From an uncultured virus (IMG/VR IMGVR_UViG_3300006147_000010) (lineage: Duplodnaviria; Heunggongvirae; Uroviricota; Caudoviricetes): a DNA stretch of 20,000 bases. The notes under the pieces were generated by a model that worked only from the letters and a program-made list of their open reading frames with translations, was not told the DNA's origin and ran no database searches. The position numbers were made by a program, and so were the translations under genes. Below, piece after piece: positions 1 to 7,415 of this stretch. Location: positions 58,679 through 78,678 of IMG/VR virus record IMGVR_UViG_3300006147_000010. One strand, given 5' to 3'. Numbering within the stretch: the first letter of the stretch is position 1; each line of letters opens with the position of its first letter.

Positions 1-362
1 ATATCAGCCATGAGGCCAGCATAGATATCGCTTGCCACGGGGTTGTTCTGGATACTCGGTGGTGTTACGAAGTCAAACCCATGCTCGTAGTCGATATAGC
101 GTGTGCTTGCCTGCAGCCTGGTTGGAGCTCCGCCGACGTGCGTATACCACTCGCGGATGACCCTTGCGGAGTATCCGTCAAGGATCATATACACATCAGG
201 GAACTCAAACGTTCTGCCATGCTCGCTTTCGAGGCAATCAAGGCCGCGCTTGTAGTTCTTCTCCTGGTTGGTGATGTCTGCACCCCAGCAGACACCGGCT
301 TCCTCACCAATCATTGAGATTGGAGAGTGATATGTAAATCGCTGAATTGTTACTGTTCCCAT
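1..362 (-). CDS. thyX: FAD-dependent thymidylate synthase (ThyX-like), 5' part; runs off the window
   Basis: Not in the ORF track. Manual translation from ATG at 362: MGTVTIQRF...LESEHGRTFEFPDVYMILDGYSARVIREWYTHVGGAPTRLQASTRYIDY. HGRTFEF resembles ThyX HxSxxEH and QASTRY resembles QxSxRY. The frame is open to the window edge. Confidence 0.75.
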   Translation of the reverse strand, partial: MGTVTIQRFTYHSPISMIGEEAGVCWGADITNQEKNYKRGLDCLESEHGRTFEFPDVYMILDGYSARVIREWYTHVGGAPTRLQASTRYIDYEHGFDFVTPPSIQNNPVASDIYAGLMAD

Positions 363-370
363 TCAATTCC

Positions 371-1009
371 TCAACTTTCATATGGTGAGGGGAGACTATA
401 ATCCCATGTGGAGTAGTTCCCCTTGTAGGCATTACGGAAATGGTTATGAGATCCATCTCCATGGAAATAGGTATAGTCTTTTGGCAGCACTCTGCCGACT
501 GACACCTCTCCGTTTCTCTCTGCATTCCACCTTGAAAGTACATCCAGAGCGAGATCATATAGATCGTCTCTGACCGGGGTATCACTGACGTACGCAAACT
601 GGTTAGGGGCAGTCATGACATAGGCGATCGTGTCACCATCAAATTCATCACTGTCCACGCGATTGCAGACGCACCATGCAACACATGCTTTCTCCGTGTC
701 GCTTGGAATACCACCGCACTCGCGATACAGCAGCTTCGCCATCATGACGACTTCTTCCTCGGTGTAGTACATGATTTCCGTTTCTTCCTCGATGCCAGCA
801 CTGGCTACATCGTTTTCTTTTATTTCATACGTTGGCCTTGCTTCTTCCACCGGACGTGCCGTATGCCTGAACATCGTTGGTGCTGCAGAGGTAGCCGGCA
901 CAGCCGACGCTGTATCGCGTACCATATTGCATCCAGCGCTGATCATAACGGACGCAGTCCATATAGCAGTGATCAACAGCAACGTAATAAAAATCAAAGA
1001 GCGTTTCAT
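371..1009 (-). CDS. Cell wall hydrolase, SleB/CwlJ (Hydrolase_2) family, with N-terminal signal/TM segment
   Basis: MAKLLYRECGG (catalytic Glu), VAWCVCNRV and VMTAPNQF match the family motifs. Hydrophobic N-terminus; GGAGG RBS upstream. Confidence 0.8.
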   Translation of the reverse strand: MKRSLIFITLLLITAIWTASVMISAGCNMVRDTASAVPATSAAPTMFRHTARPVEEARPTYEIKENDVASAGIEEETEIMYYTEEEVVMMAKLLYRECGGIPSDTEKACVAWCVCNRVDSDEFDGDTIAYVMTAPNQFAYVSDTPVRDDLYDLALDVLSRWNAERNGEVSVGRVLPKDYTYFHGDGSHNHFRNAYKGNYSTWDYSLPSPYES

Positions 1010-1024
1010 AGAGTACCTCCAATT

Positions 1025-1079
1025 ACTACGGCAGCGAAAAAGACGACGCCGAAGCGCCGCCCATTCGCTGTATCGTAGT
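1025..1079 (-). terminator. Terminator-like hairpin with a UUCG tetraloop inside a longer stem
   Basis: Minus strand GGGCGGCGC-UUCG-GCGUCGUCU-UUUU, extended by CAGCGAA/UUCGCUG and ACUACG/CGUAGU. Confidence 0.6.
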
Positions 1080-1101
1080 CTACTTAATGTTGTGAGCAGA
1101 T

Positions 1102-1551
1102 TTACTCCCCAGCGTTCAGGATATCCATAAAGCTGCTCTCGTCGATCTCGTCCGGTTCCTCATCTGGTTTCTTTGCGTCATATGTATCAATCTTGAACGA
1201 CACGCTTCTTGCTGATTGCCACTGTCGCGGTGTGTATCCTGCGGTGGTTGAGCTCATATATGGGCTCTGTACCCACCACGCATCGTAACCAGAATCGTAT
1301 GTCCCATCGAACATCGGAGGACCTGGGACGAGGTAGAACTTGTCCTGCTCTACGCCTTCAGATAAGACGATTGGTATACCGTTGTATCGTGCGATATATC
1401 CATCTCCGACCACGCCGCCTTCCGCGAGGTCGCTTGTGTTTGATACCATAGCCCGTGCTGTATCAGGGTGCATGACGATTCTATTCGGGATTCGACCTGA
1501 TTGCGCGGTCATGATATCTACCATCCGGCTTAGTTCTTGCTCAAAGTCCAT
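1102..1551 (-). CDS. Hypothetical protein; N-terminal half resembles an HK97 capsid A-domain segment
   Basis: 149 aa ORF collinear with neighbours and with an RBS. Pattern IVMHPDT...YNGIPIVLSEGV...FYLV; acidic tail. Confidence 0.6.
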   Translation of the reverse strand: MDFEQELSRMVDIMTAQSGRIPNRIVMHPDTARAMVSNTSDLAEGGVVGDGYIARYNGIPIVLSEGVEQDKFYLVPGPPMFDGTYDSGYDAWWVQSPYMSSTTAGYTPRQWQSARSVSFKIDTYDAKKPDEEPDEIDESSFMDILNAGE

Positions 1552-1760
1552 TCTTCCTGACCCTCTATTGGTGAGATCCGACAGCTTGGAAGAATGTGCT
1601 CTTTCATCAGCTTATCAAAGCATTCACAGCACAGGTCGAGGTTGATTACCTCGCCGTCGAACTCGCTTCCATATCCAACATGATGGTGAAACCCAAATTT
1701 CTCTTGTGCATCCCACATGTCGAAATCCTTCCCGCACATATTACATACCAGCTTTGTCAT
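1530..1760 (-). CDS. Small zinc-finger hypothetical protein
   Basis: CNMC...CCEC cysteine pairs; purine-rich RBS (AAAGGGA) upstream. Confidence 0.7.
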   Translation of the reverse strand: MTKLVCNMCGKDFDMWDAQEKFGFHHHVGYGSEFDGEVINLDLCCECFDKLMKEHILPSCRISPIEGQEEWTLSKN

Positions 1761-1791
1761 TCCATCTCATCCCTTTCTTCCATAGTGTTTC

Positions 1792-3447
1792 TTACGCAAC
1801 TACCGACATACGCCACTCTTCCATACTGTGGCATATCTCTGGGCGGGCGTACTCAGGCAGGTTGACCGCTGTGATCAAACCAGCAAGGTCTGGACATACT
1901 GCGTTCCCGCACTTCTCCATCTGCTCGGCGTTGGTCATCTTCCTGCCTTCGTAGTCTTCCGCGAACATGTAGTCAGGAGCGAAGCCCATAGCGCGGTACG
2001 CCTCTTTCGCCTTCAGCATCCGCAGGCCGATATCGGTCAGGAAATACCAATCCCCATCAATCATTCTCAGAAGGACTTCATCATCCTTCAGGTCGTAACC
2101 AGCCCACTTATTCAGCATGGCTCGTATCTCAGGCCAACGTCCCATATTCACGCCATCCCGATACTTTGCCACCATCGTATGTATCACAGCAAACTCACCG
2201 GCGGATGCCGTCACAGTCTGCAAAGGCTGAGACAGGTGCTGCCCTATGTTGTCGCCCTTGAACTTGCACACATGGGCGAGAACGAGACCTTCTCTATCCC
2301 GAGCCGTCACAGTATGAAGCGGCTCACGGATATCCTGTCCATGGTCGTCGTTCCCATAATACTTGGTCAGGATAGGAACCACGACGCCATAGCGATTAGA
2401 TGCGTCCAGGGTCATGATAGGCTCATTGACACCCTGACCACGGACTTTCTCAGACTGCTCTGTATGATACTGAGCGAGGTATGGTGTCTTCACTCCATCG
2501 GACGAACGCACGACATATATGTCGTTGGACTTCAGGATAAACTTGTCCAGTCCTCTGGTGATACGCCTCATGGTATTATCCCTGAGAGGACGCACGGCAC
2601 GTATGGAATACTGCTCCATAATCTCCTGCTTCGTATCAAAGATACTTGGCGCCGGGATGTCGTAGTCAAGGATGTCGGCGACCTGACGCCACGGCTCAAG
2701 CTCCCCGCGCAGTACGGCTTCACTGTCACGCTTCGCGTGTGTCTGCTTCGGCCAGACGATAGGCTTCCCATCACAGCGGAACACACCGAAGAATCTTGTG
2801 CGTGTGGTATACACACCGTAGTCTGCCGCGCATAGCTCACGCCACTCCATCTTGTACCCAAGACCATGAATCAGCTTCTGAGCTTCATCACCCCTTGGGT
2901 CGATGTGTAGAAACTCACAGCACTCATATAGCGCCGGATGGTCTGGCTCGATACCGGTGGTCAGGATTTTCACAAACCCGTCAAAGGTTTCTCCAGCCCG
3001 TGACTGGTCGGGGTACTGTTTGCCGTCGCGTTCAATGAGCGGTCCCCATGTCCTGATTTCTGGTACGTTCTCCATAGCCATGACCCTCGGCCTTACGCTG
3101 AGCGCCCACTTCACAAGCACCCATGACAGGCCACGGATCTCTTTCTTCACAGGGGTTCCGCCACGGGCACGGGAGAAGTGAGTACAGTCTGGTGAGAACC
3201 ACGCGAACCCCATAGGGTAGCCGCCACAGAACTCCTTCGGATCAACGGCAAACATATCCTCTTTGTAGTGTTCCGTGAACGGGTGGTTGGTCTTGTGCAT
3301 CCTGATGGCGGCGAGGTCGTGGTTGACCGCGCCTACCACAGGGATAGTCGTGTACCGGACGATGCCGTCCGTGCTTCCTCCGCCTCCGCAGAAGAACACG
3401 CCGGCTACCTCGTCCGTCTTAATCTTTGCTCCGTATATGGTTGCCAC
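1792..3447 (-). CDS. DNA (cytosine-5) methyltransferase, orphan; true start probably ATA at 3438
   Basis: Motif I FCGGGG, AVNHD, motif IV SPDCTHFS, motif VI MENV, motif VIII TTRTRFF, motif IX RML..KE..RAMGF, motif X GNAVCP. No cognate restriction enzyme is adjacent. Confidence 0.92.
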   Translation of the reverse strand: MATIYGAKIKTDEVAGVFFCGGGGSTDGIVRYTTIPVVGAVNHDLAAIRMHKTNHPFTEHYKEDMFAVDPKEFCGGYPMGFAWFSPDCTHFSRARGGTPVKKEIRGLSWVLVKWALSVRPRVMAMENVPEIRTWGPLIERDGKQYPDQSRAGETFDGFVKILTTGIEPDHPALYECCEFLHIDPRGDEAQKLIHGLGYKMEWRELCAADYGVYTTRTRFFGVFRCDGKPIVWPKQTHAKRDSEAVLRGELEPWRQVADILDYDIPAPSIFDTKQEIMEQYSIRAVRPLRDNTMRRITRGLDKFILKSNDIYVVRSSDGVKTPYLAQYHTEQSEKVRGQGVNEPIMTLDASNRYGVVVPILTKYYGNDDHGQDIREPLHTVTARDREGLVLAHVCKFKGDNIGQHLSQPLQTVTASAGEFAVIHTMVAKYRDGVNMGRWPEIRAMLNKWAGYDLKDDEVLLRMIDGDWYFLTDIGLRMLKAKEAYRAMGFAPDYMFAEDYEGRKMTNAEQMEKCGNAVCPDLAGLITAVNLPEYARPEICHSMEEWRMSVVA

Positions 3448-3453
3448 CTCCGG

Positions 3454-3693
3454 TTATCTTATTGTGACACGCAGCTCTACTGTCCTGCCATCTTTCAGCG
3501 TCCACTCATACCCGCTTGACGTTGCCTTTGAACAACTGATTCCTCCGAGAAGTTCCTGTACCATGTAATCTCTCACAGCGCACAATGCTTCATCGGTACA
3601 CTCAGTCTTGTTCTGCCACAAGCCCTTATTCTTGCTGTTCAGTGTTCCGGCATAGATGGCAAACGCCCCGCATCCGACATGATATTCTGCCAC
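3454..3693 (-). CDS. Phage hypothetical protein
   Basis: 79 aa ORF, GTG start with a GGTGA RBS, tightly packed between neighbours. Confidence 0.7.
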   Translation of the reverse strand: MAEYHVGCGAFAIYAGTLNSKNKGLWQNKTECTDEALCAVRDYMVQELLGGISCSKATSSGYEWTLKDGRTVELRVTIR

Positions 3694-3721
3694 TTAAATC
3701 ACCGATCCCTTTCGTGAGCCA

Positions 3722-4342
3722 TCACATGTTTTCGAGGCTTTCAATGAAGGCTTGCATAAATGAAGTCCTTTGCTTTGCGCGCTCCACTTCTGCCTCACAT
3801 CTTTCTTTCGCGCGCTTAACATCATCTTCAGAAAGTTTTATCAGTTCATCCATATACTTTTGGACAGCCTCATCACTTTCATCCAGCTCGCTTGCGATAT
3901 CATTACGGTATGTGTCAAACATCAATGGAGTATATACACACATACCTATTTGGCTCAGAGCGAACTCCTTAATCCCTTTATGTTCTTCAGATGGAGGAAC
4001 CCACGCCTCGACCTGGCGGCGGACATTCTCATATTTCTTGTTGATCTCTTCCATCATTTTGAGCTGCCGTTTTGCGCGCTCTACTCTGCTGGTATGTTCC
4101 GCCCGCATATGATCCCTTGCTTCTGCGAATGACATGTTCTTAACAACCTGAAGCTCTTTAACTGAGTCCTCATATCTTTTCTGGTAATAAGGGTCAGGTT
4201 CAAAATGAGTTGGCGTCGGAACAGACAGCGGTTCATCACGAACGTCGATTGCCACTCCAAACGCCCGTGAACAAAGCATTAGAAAATCTTTCCCGGTAGT
4301 GATATCTCCATCCTCGATATAAGCTGTGTATCCAGTTGGCAT
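3722..4342 (-). CDS. Phage hypothetical protein (MPTGYTA... N-terminus, coiled-coil rich)
   Basis: GAGGTG RBS precedes ATG at 4342, which is preferred over the GTG at 4357. Long charged helical ORF. Confidence 0.75.
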   Translation of the reverse strand: MPTGYTAYIEDGDITTGKDFLMLCSRAFGVAIDVRDEPLSVPTPTHFEPDPYYQKRYEDSVKELQVVKNMSFAEARDHMRAEHTSRVERAKRQLKMMEEINKKYENVRRQVEAWVPPSEEHKGIKEFALSQIGMCVYTPLMFDTYRNDIASELDESDEAVQKYMDELIKLSEDDVKRAKERCEAEVERAKQRTSFMQAFIESLENM

Positions 4343-4364
4343 ATTCTCACCTCGCACTTCAAAA

Positions 4365-4382
4365 ATAAAAGTTATCTTTCAT
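4365..4382. repeat. Palindromic site ATAAAA-N6-TTTCAT (copy 1)
   Basis: ATAAAA GTTATC TTTCAT in the intergenic gap; one mismatch to the copy at 4841. Confidence 0.55.
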
Positions 4383-4389
4383 CATGTAA

Positions 4390-4824
4390 TTAGAATGAAT
4401 CTCTGACTCTAAATTGAACCAATGTGCAGAATTGTACGCCACTATAAAGCCTTTCTCGCTTCACCTCTCTGAGTGAAACAGAATAGTGATTTCGACCGTT
4501 GAAACTTCGTCGCAATTTCTGAATCGCTTCTTCAACTTCGGCATCGTGTTCTTCCTTGTTGTCAGTTTCTGTAGTTATCGCATATACTGTTCCACTCCAA
4601 TCCCCAGCAAGTAGCAGGTTTGGAAATGGGATTTTTGTGATCTCGACAGAGCTACCCATCGCTGGATACTCGGGCTCTTCAAAAGGTATACGGGTGATTG
4701 GTTCCGACATACTCTCCCACGACCACCCACAGTTATGACACTCTTTGCGGTGGATAGGAGGCATAATATCTATCTGGACTCCCAACAAATCATGCCCACA
4801 TTTGGGACAGGTTTCAATGATCAT
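4390..4824 (-). CDS. Hypothetical protein with an N-terminal zinc ribbon
   Basis: CPKC...CHNCGW; GGGAGG RBS before the ATG. Confidence 0.75.
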   Translation of the reverse strand: MIIETCPKCGHDLLGVQIDIMPPIHRKECHNCGWSWESMSEPITRIPFEEPEYPAMGSSVEITKIPFPNLLLAGDWSGTVYAITTETDNKEEHDAEVEEAIQKLRRSFNGRNHYSVSLREVKRERLYSGVQFCTLVQFRVRDSF

Positions 4825-4840
4825 ACTTCCTCCCGTCTGA

Positions 4841-4858
4841 ATAAAAGTAGAATTTTAT
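4841..4858. repeat. Palindromic site ATAAAA-N6-TTTTAT (copy 2)
   Basis: ATAAAA GTAGAA TTTTAT: perfect 6-bp arms and a 6-bp spacer, intergenic. Confidence 0.6.
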
Positions 4859-4871
4859 ACACGCATTCAGG

Positions 4872-5300
4872 CTACACCTGCACGCTGGTTGCCATGCGGC
4901 CGTCTGTCACAAAGATCATAGTCATACGGTTTGCCTGTTCGCTTTCCTCGTACTCCGCATCGTCCATGATGATGTCCTCACTGACAATGCTCTGCACGAG
5001 TTCCTTGATACTTCCATGGAACTCATTCGCGAGGATCGTTGCGAACAGGTCTAACCGTTCATAGTCTGATTTGCTCTCCAGCGTCATCATGGCAGTCTCG
5101 CCTCGCTCGAAATCCCTGTAGTAGGTATTCTGAAAACGAAGGTACGTGTATAGATCGATCTCCGCTTTTCCGAGGTTCACCCATCTTCTTGTGCCGCTCT
5201 CTCTGTAGCGAATTGTGAGTGTCGGAAACAGGTTGGACTTTGATGATATCCATCCGCCGTGCCGCACCGCCTTTACCTTATACTCAATTAAGTACCGCAC
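4872..5300 (-). CDS. Hypothetical protein
   Basis: 142 aa ORF overlapping the end of the upstream gene; start codon uncertain. Confidence 0.6.
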   Translation of the reverse strand: MRYLIEYKVKAVRHGGWISSKSNLFPTLTIRYRESGTRRWVNLGKAEIDLYTYLRFQNTYYRDFERGETAMMTLESKSDYERLDLFATILANEFHGSIKELVQSIVSEDIIMDDAEYEESEQANRMTMIFVTDGRMATSVQV

Positions 5301-5583
5301 AGCTCACACCATCCCTAAATGCTTTCAGGCCGCTGATGGCCTTCTCCTGTTTCGCAATGCGGCTGTATAGAGAGGCGATGGTACGTTCTACCTCCCGCCC
5401 ATCCTCGGAGTAGTAGTACCCATGCCGGCACGAACAGATCGGCTCTCCCGCAGACCTTGTTACGTTAATCATGGCGCGCACATCAATCCCGCTGACACAC
5501 ATAGCGTCTGCAATCTGAGCGCCCGTGATGGGATTGTGTGGCCCATTGCTATGGGCTTTTATGTATTCAGTGATAGGCTCCAT
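5284..5583 (-). CDS. Winged helix-turn-helix DNA-binding protein
   Basis: PITGAQIADAMCVSGIDVRAMIN..R..GEPICS...GYY pattern; GGAGG RBS. Confidence 0.7.
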   Translation of the reverse strand: MEPITEYIKAHSNGPHNPITGAQIADAMCVSGIDVRAMINVTRSAGEPICSCRHGYYYSEDGREVERTIASLYSRIAKQEKAISGLKAFRDGVSCAVLN

Positions 5584-5598
5584 ACGGTTACCTCCAGG

Positions 5599-6548
5599 CT
5601 AAAATAAAAGATGCTCATAATCGAGCATCCTGAAGTAGATCTTGTCTCGTTCCCACCGCTTGCAGATGATGATGTCGCCCTCACGAATCGGGTCTTGGTC
5701 GAACCTCTTCTTGAACACTGTCATCCTGCTTTCCTTTCCGCTCCCTATGGACTGTGTCAGGACGCTGTATCCAAACACCTCGTTGTCCTTCTTGCGGCGG
5801 ACAGGGTAGACATTGGTGATGAAGAGTTTGTTGCGGTCACATTCCTCACCAGACACATAGCCTGCGTATCCCATGATATCCCGGAAGTTCTTGGCCTTCA
5901 TGAACACGGACAGGTCGTTGACATGCGATCCTTTGATGAAGTGTTCAATGTCATGCAGAAGCTCGTCCATCTCTGTGATCGTGTAGCTCTTGGCATCTTC
6001 ACCGCTTTTGGTCTTACCAGTTGCACACTTTTTGACGATGCGCTCCAGCCACGTCCCGTCAATGTTCTCCTTGCGAATCTTCTTCGCGTCACCTTTTTTG
6101 AAGAGTTCAAACATCTCAATAATCTTGAACAGCTCACGCTGGTTACCGAACATCGAGAAGTAGTCGATCTTAATCAGTATGTCGAGCTGTCTGGAATCAA
6201 TGGACGTTTTGGTGTTGATGTCACGAAGCAGGTCAATGAAGTAGTTGTAGTGGTTGGACTTTGACAGCGCATACAGCTCGTCCGCCCCGGCCATACTCAT
6301 ATACTTGACGCTGCTGACACCTTTTGCTATGACGTTCTTTTCTTTGTCAAAGAAGTATTCTCCCTTTGACACGCCGAACTTTGGCTGGATAATCTTGATG
6401 CCGCGCTGACGAGCCAGCATTGTTCCGTTCTGGATATCATCTTCGTTGGCGGCGTTGTTCAGGAACGATGTGATAAATTCGATTGGGTTGTAGTACCGAT
6501 AGTAGGCACACAGGTACCCAAGCAAGCAGTACGCAACCGAGTGGTTAT
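5599..6548 (-). CDS. dnaE: DNA polymerase III alpha (DnaE), exon 2
   Basis: The frame extends upstream of the called start as (Y)NHSVAYCLLGYLCAYYRYYNPIEF, matching DnaE xxHSxAYxxxxYxxAYxKxxYPxEF. GVSSVKYMS resembles the HhH motif. Joins exon 1 in frame. Confidence 0.9.
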
Positions 6549-7415
6549 CGCGTTGACCCGCTGTTTCCAGCGGCGCAGACTATATCTTCGGCCTTAGCCG
6601 TCCTTGCACTTCCAGCGGAAACTCATCCTCCGCCGTACTCCCTCGCGGGATAGTCGTTACACCTTCCGATATGGCTCCCACGCAAAACCTCCAGCCGAGT
6701 ATGCGCGCAGGCTGATACATTGCAGTATCGCTCTTGCGCTTATACCGGTCTCACGCTCCGCTTCTGTGGCGGAACTATATACCTCAATGATGTCGCCGTC
6801 CTCTGTCATCTGAATGACTGGCGTACCTTTTGGTTTGCGCAGGTTGTTATATAAAGCGTGCAGGTTATTATAGCTGTATGTAGTCCATTCCAGATTGCTG
6901 ACATCGTTGTTTGTCTTATCCCCATCAATATGATTGACCATCGGATACCCATATGGGTTTGGAATGAACGCGGTGGCGACCAGGATATGTACCAGTGCCA
7001 CATTAGATGTTCCGTCCCGGCGAAGGTTGACGACCATATAGCCGTTACCATCCTTGCCCTTGGTACGGGTCAGCTTCATCTCTCGTCCACGTAGGCGCCT
7101 TGGGTTTCCTTTCCTATCTATAACCGTGCGGTCTACACTTCTGACGTGGCCTGAGTTGCTGACTTCATAATACCCTTCATAACCTTGTATCGCTCTCCAG
7201 AGCATAAACACACCTCTCTGATCGGCTTGGCACGGTATCGCCTGCTATCCGTTGCCGGACCGTAGGTTCTCTTAGTCAGATGCTTCGTCCTTGGTGATGG
7301 CGCATATCTCCCTGTAGGGCTTCATGCGTCGGTCTTATTCATCTGATACCGTTAGCGCCGCTCTAAGCGGCACACCCCTGAGTCATAGGGTTCACAAGAA
7401 ATGAGCTAATCACTA
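6549..7415 (-). mobile_element. Group I intron (IA2-like) in dnaE, 867 nt, carrying a homing endonuclease
   Basis: 5' exon ends in U (TTT GGG T|), the intron ends in G (|AT AAC CAC), and splicing restores F-G-Y-N-H. P1 GGGUUA/UAGCUC with U.G at the splice site; P3 UUCUUGUG/UGCAAGGA; P4 CGGUAUC/GAUACCG; Q-like AUACCGUGCCAAG; P7 GACUA/UAGUC within AAGAUAUAGUC; P7.1 UCCC-GCGA-GGGA; P7.2; P8 CGGC-UAAG-GCCG; P9 CCGCUG-GAAA-CAGCGG. Confidence 0.93.
6657..7211 (-). CDS. Intron-encoded NUMOD4-HNH-NUMOD1 homing endonuclease (I-HmuI-like)
   Basis: WRAIQGYEGYYEVSNSGHVRS (NUMOD4); VHILVATAF...VNHIDGDKTNNDVSNLEW (HNH); PVIQ...YSSATEAERETGI (NUMOD1/IENR1). Lies in the P6 loop, and its stop overlaps the J6/7 segment just before P7. 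Confidence 0.92.
   Translation of the reverse strand: MFMLWRAIQGYEGYYEVSNSGHVRSVDRTVIDRKGNPRRLRGREMKLTRTKGKDGNGYMVVNLRRDGTSNVALVHILVATAFIPNPYGYPMVNHIDGDKTNNDVSNLEWTTYSYNNLHALYNNLRKPKGTPVIQMTEDGDIIEVYSSATEAERETGISARAILQCISLRAYSAGGFAWEPYRKV

Noticed and set aside
1828..2835. 335 aa plus-strand ORF, and similar long plus-strand ORFs at 5611-6264, 8378-8989 and 13388-14167
   Set aside because: Antisense shadows of well-supported minus-strand genes; no RBS or recognisable motifs.
1792..3447. Restriction-modification system
   Set aside because: No recognisable endonuclease nearby; orphan C5 methyltransferases of this type are common in phages.
7363..7415. C-terminal tail LVISSFLVNPMTQGCAA of the 764 aa ORF
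   Set aside because: Read-through into intron P1/P3 sequence, not polymerase.
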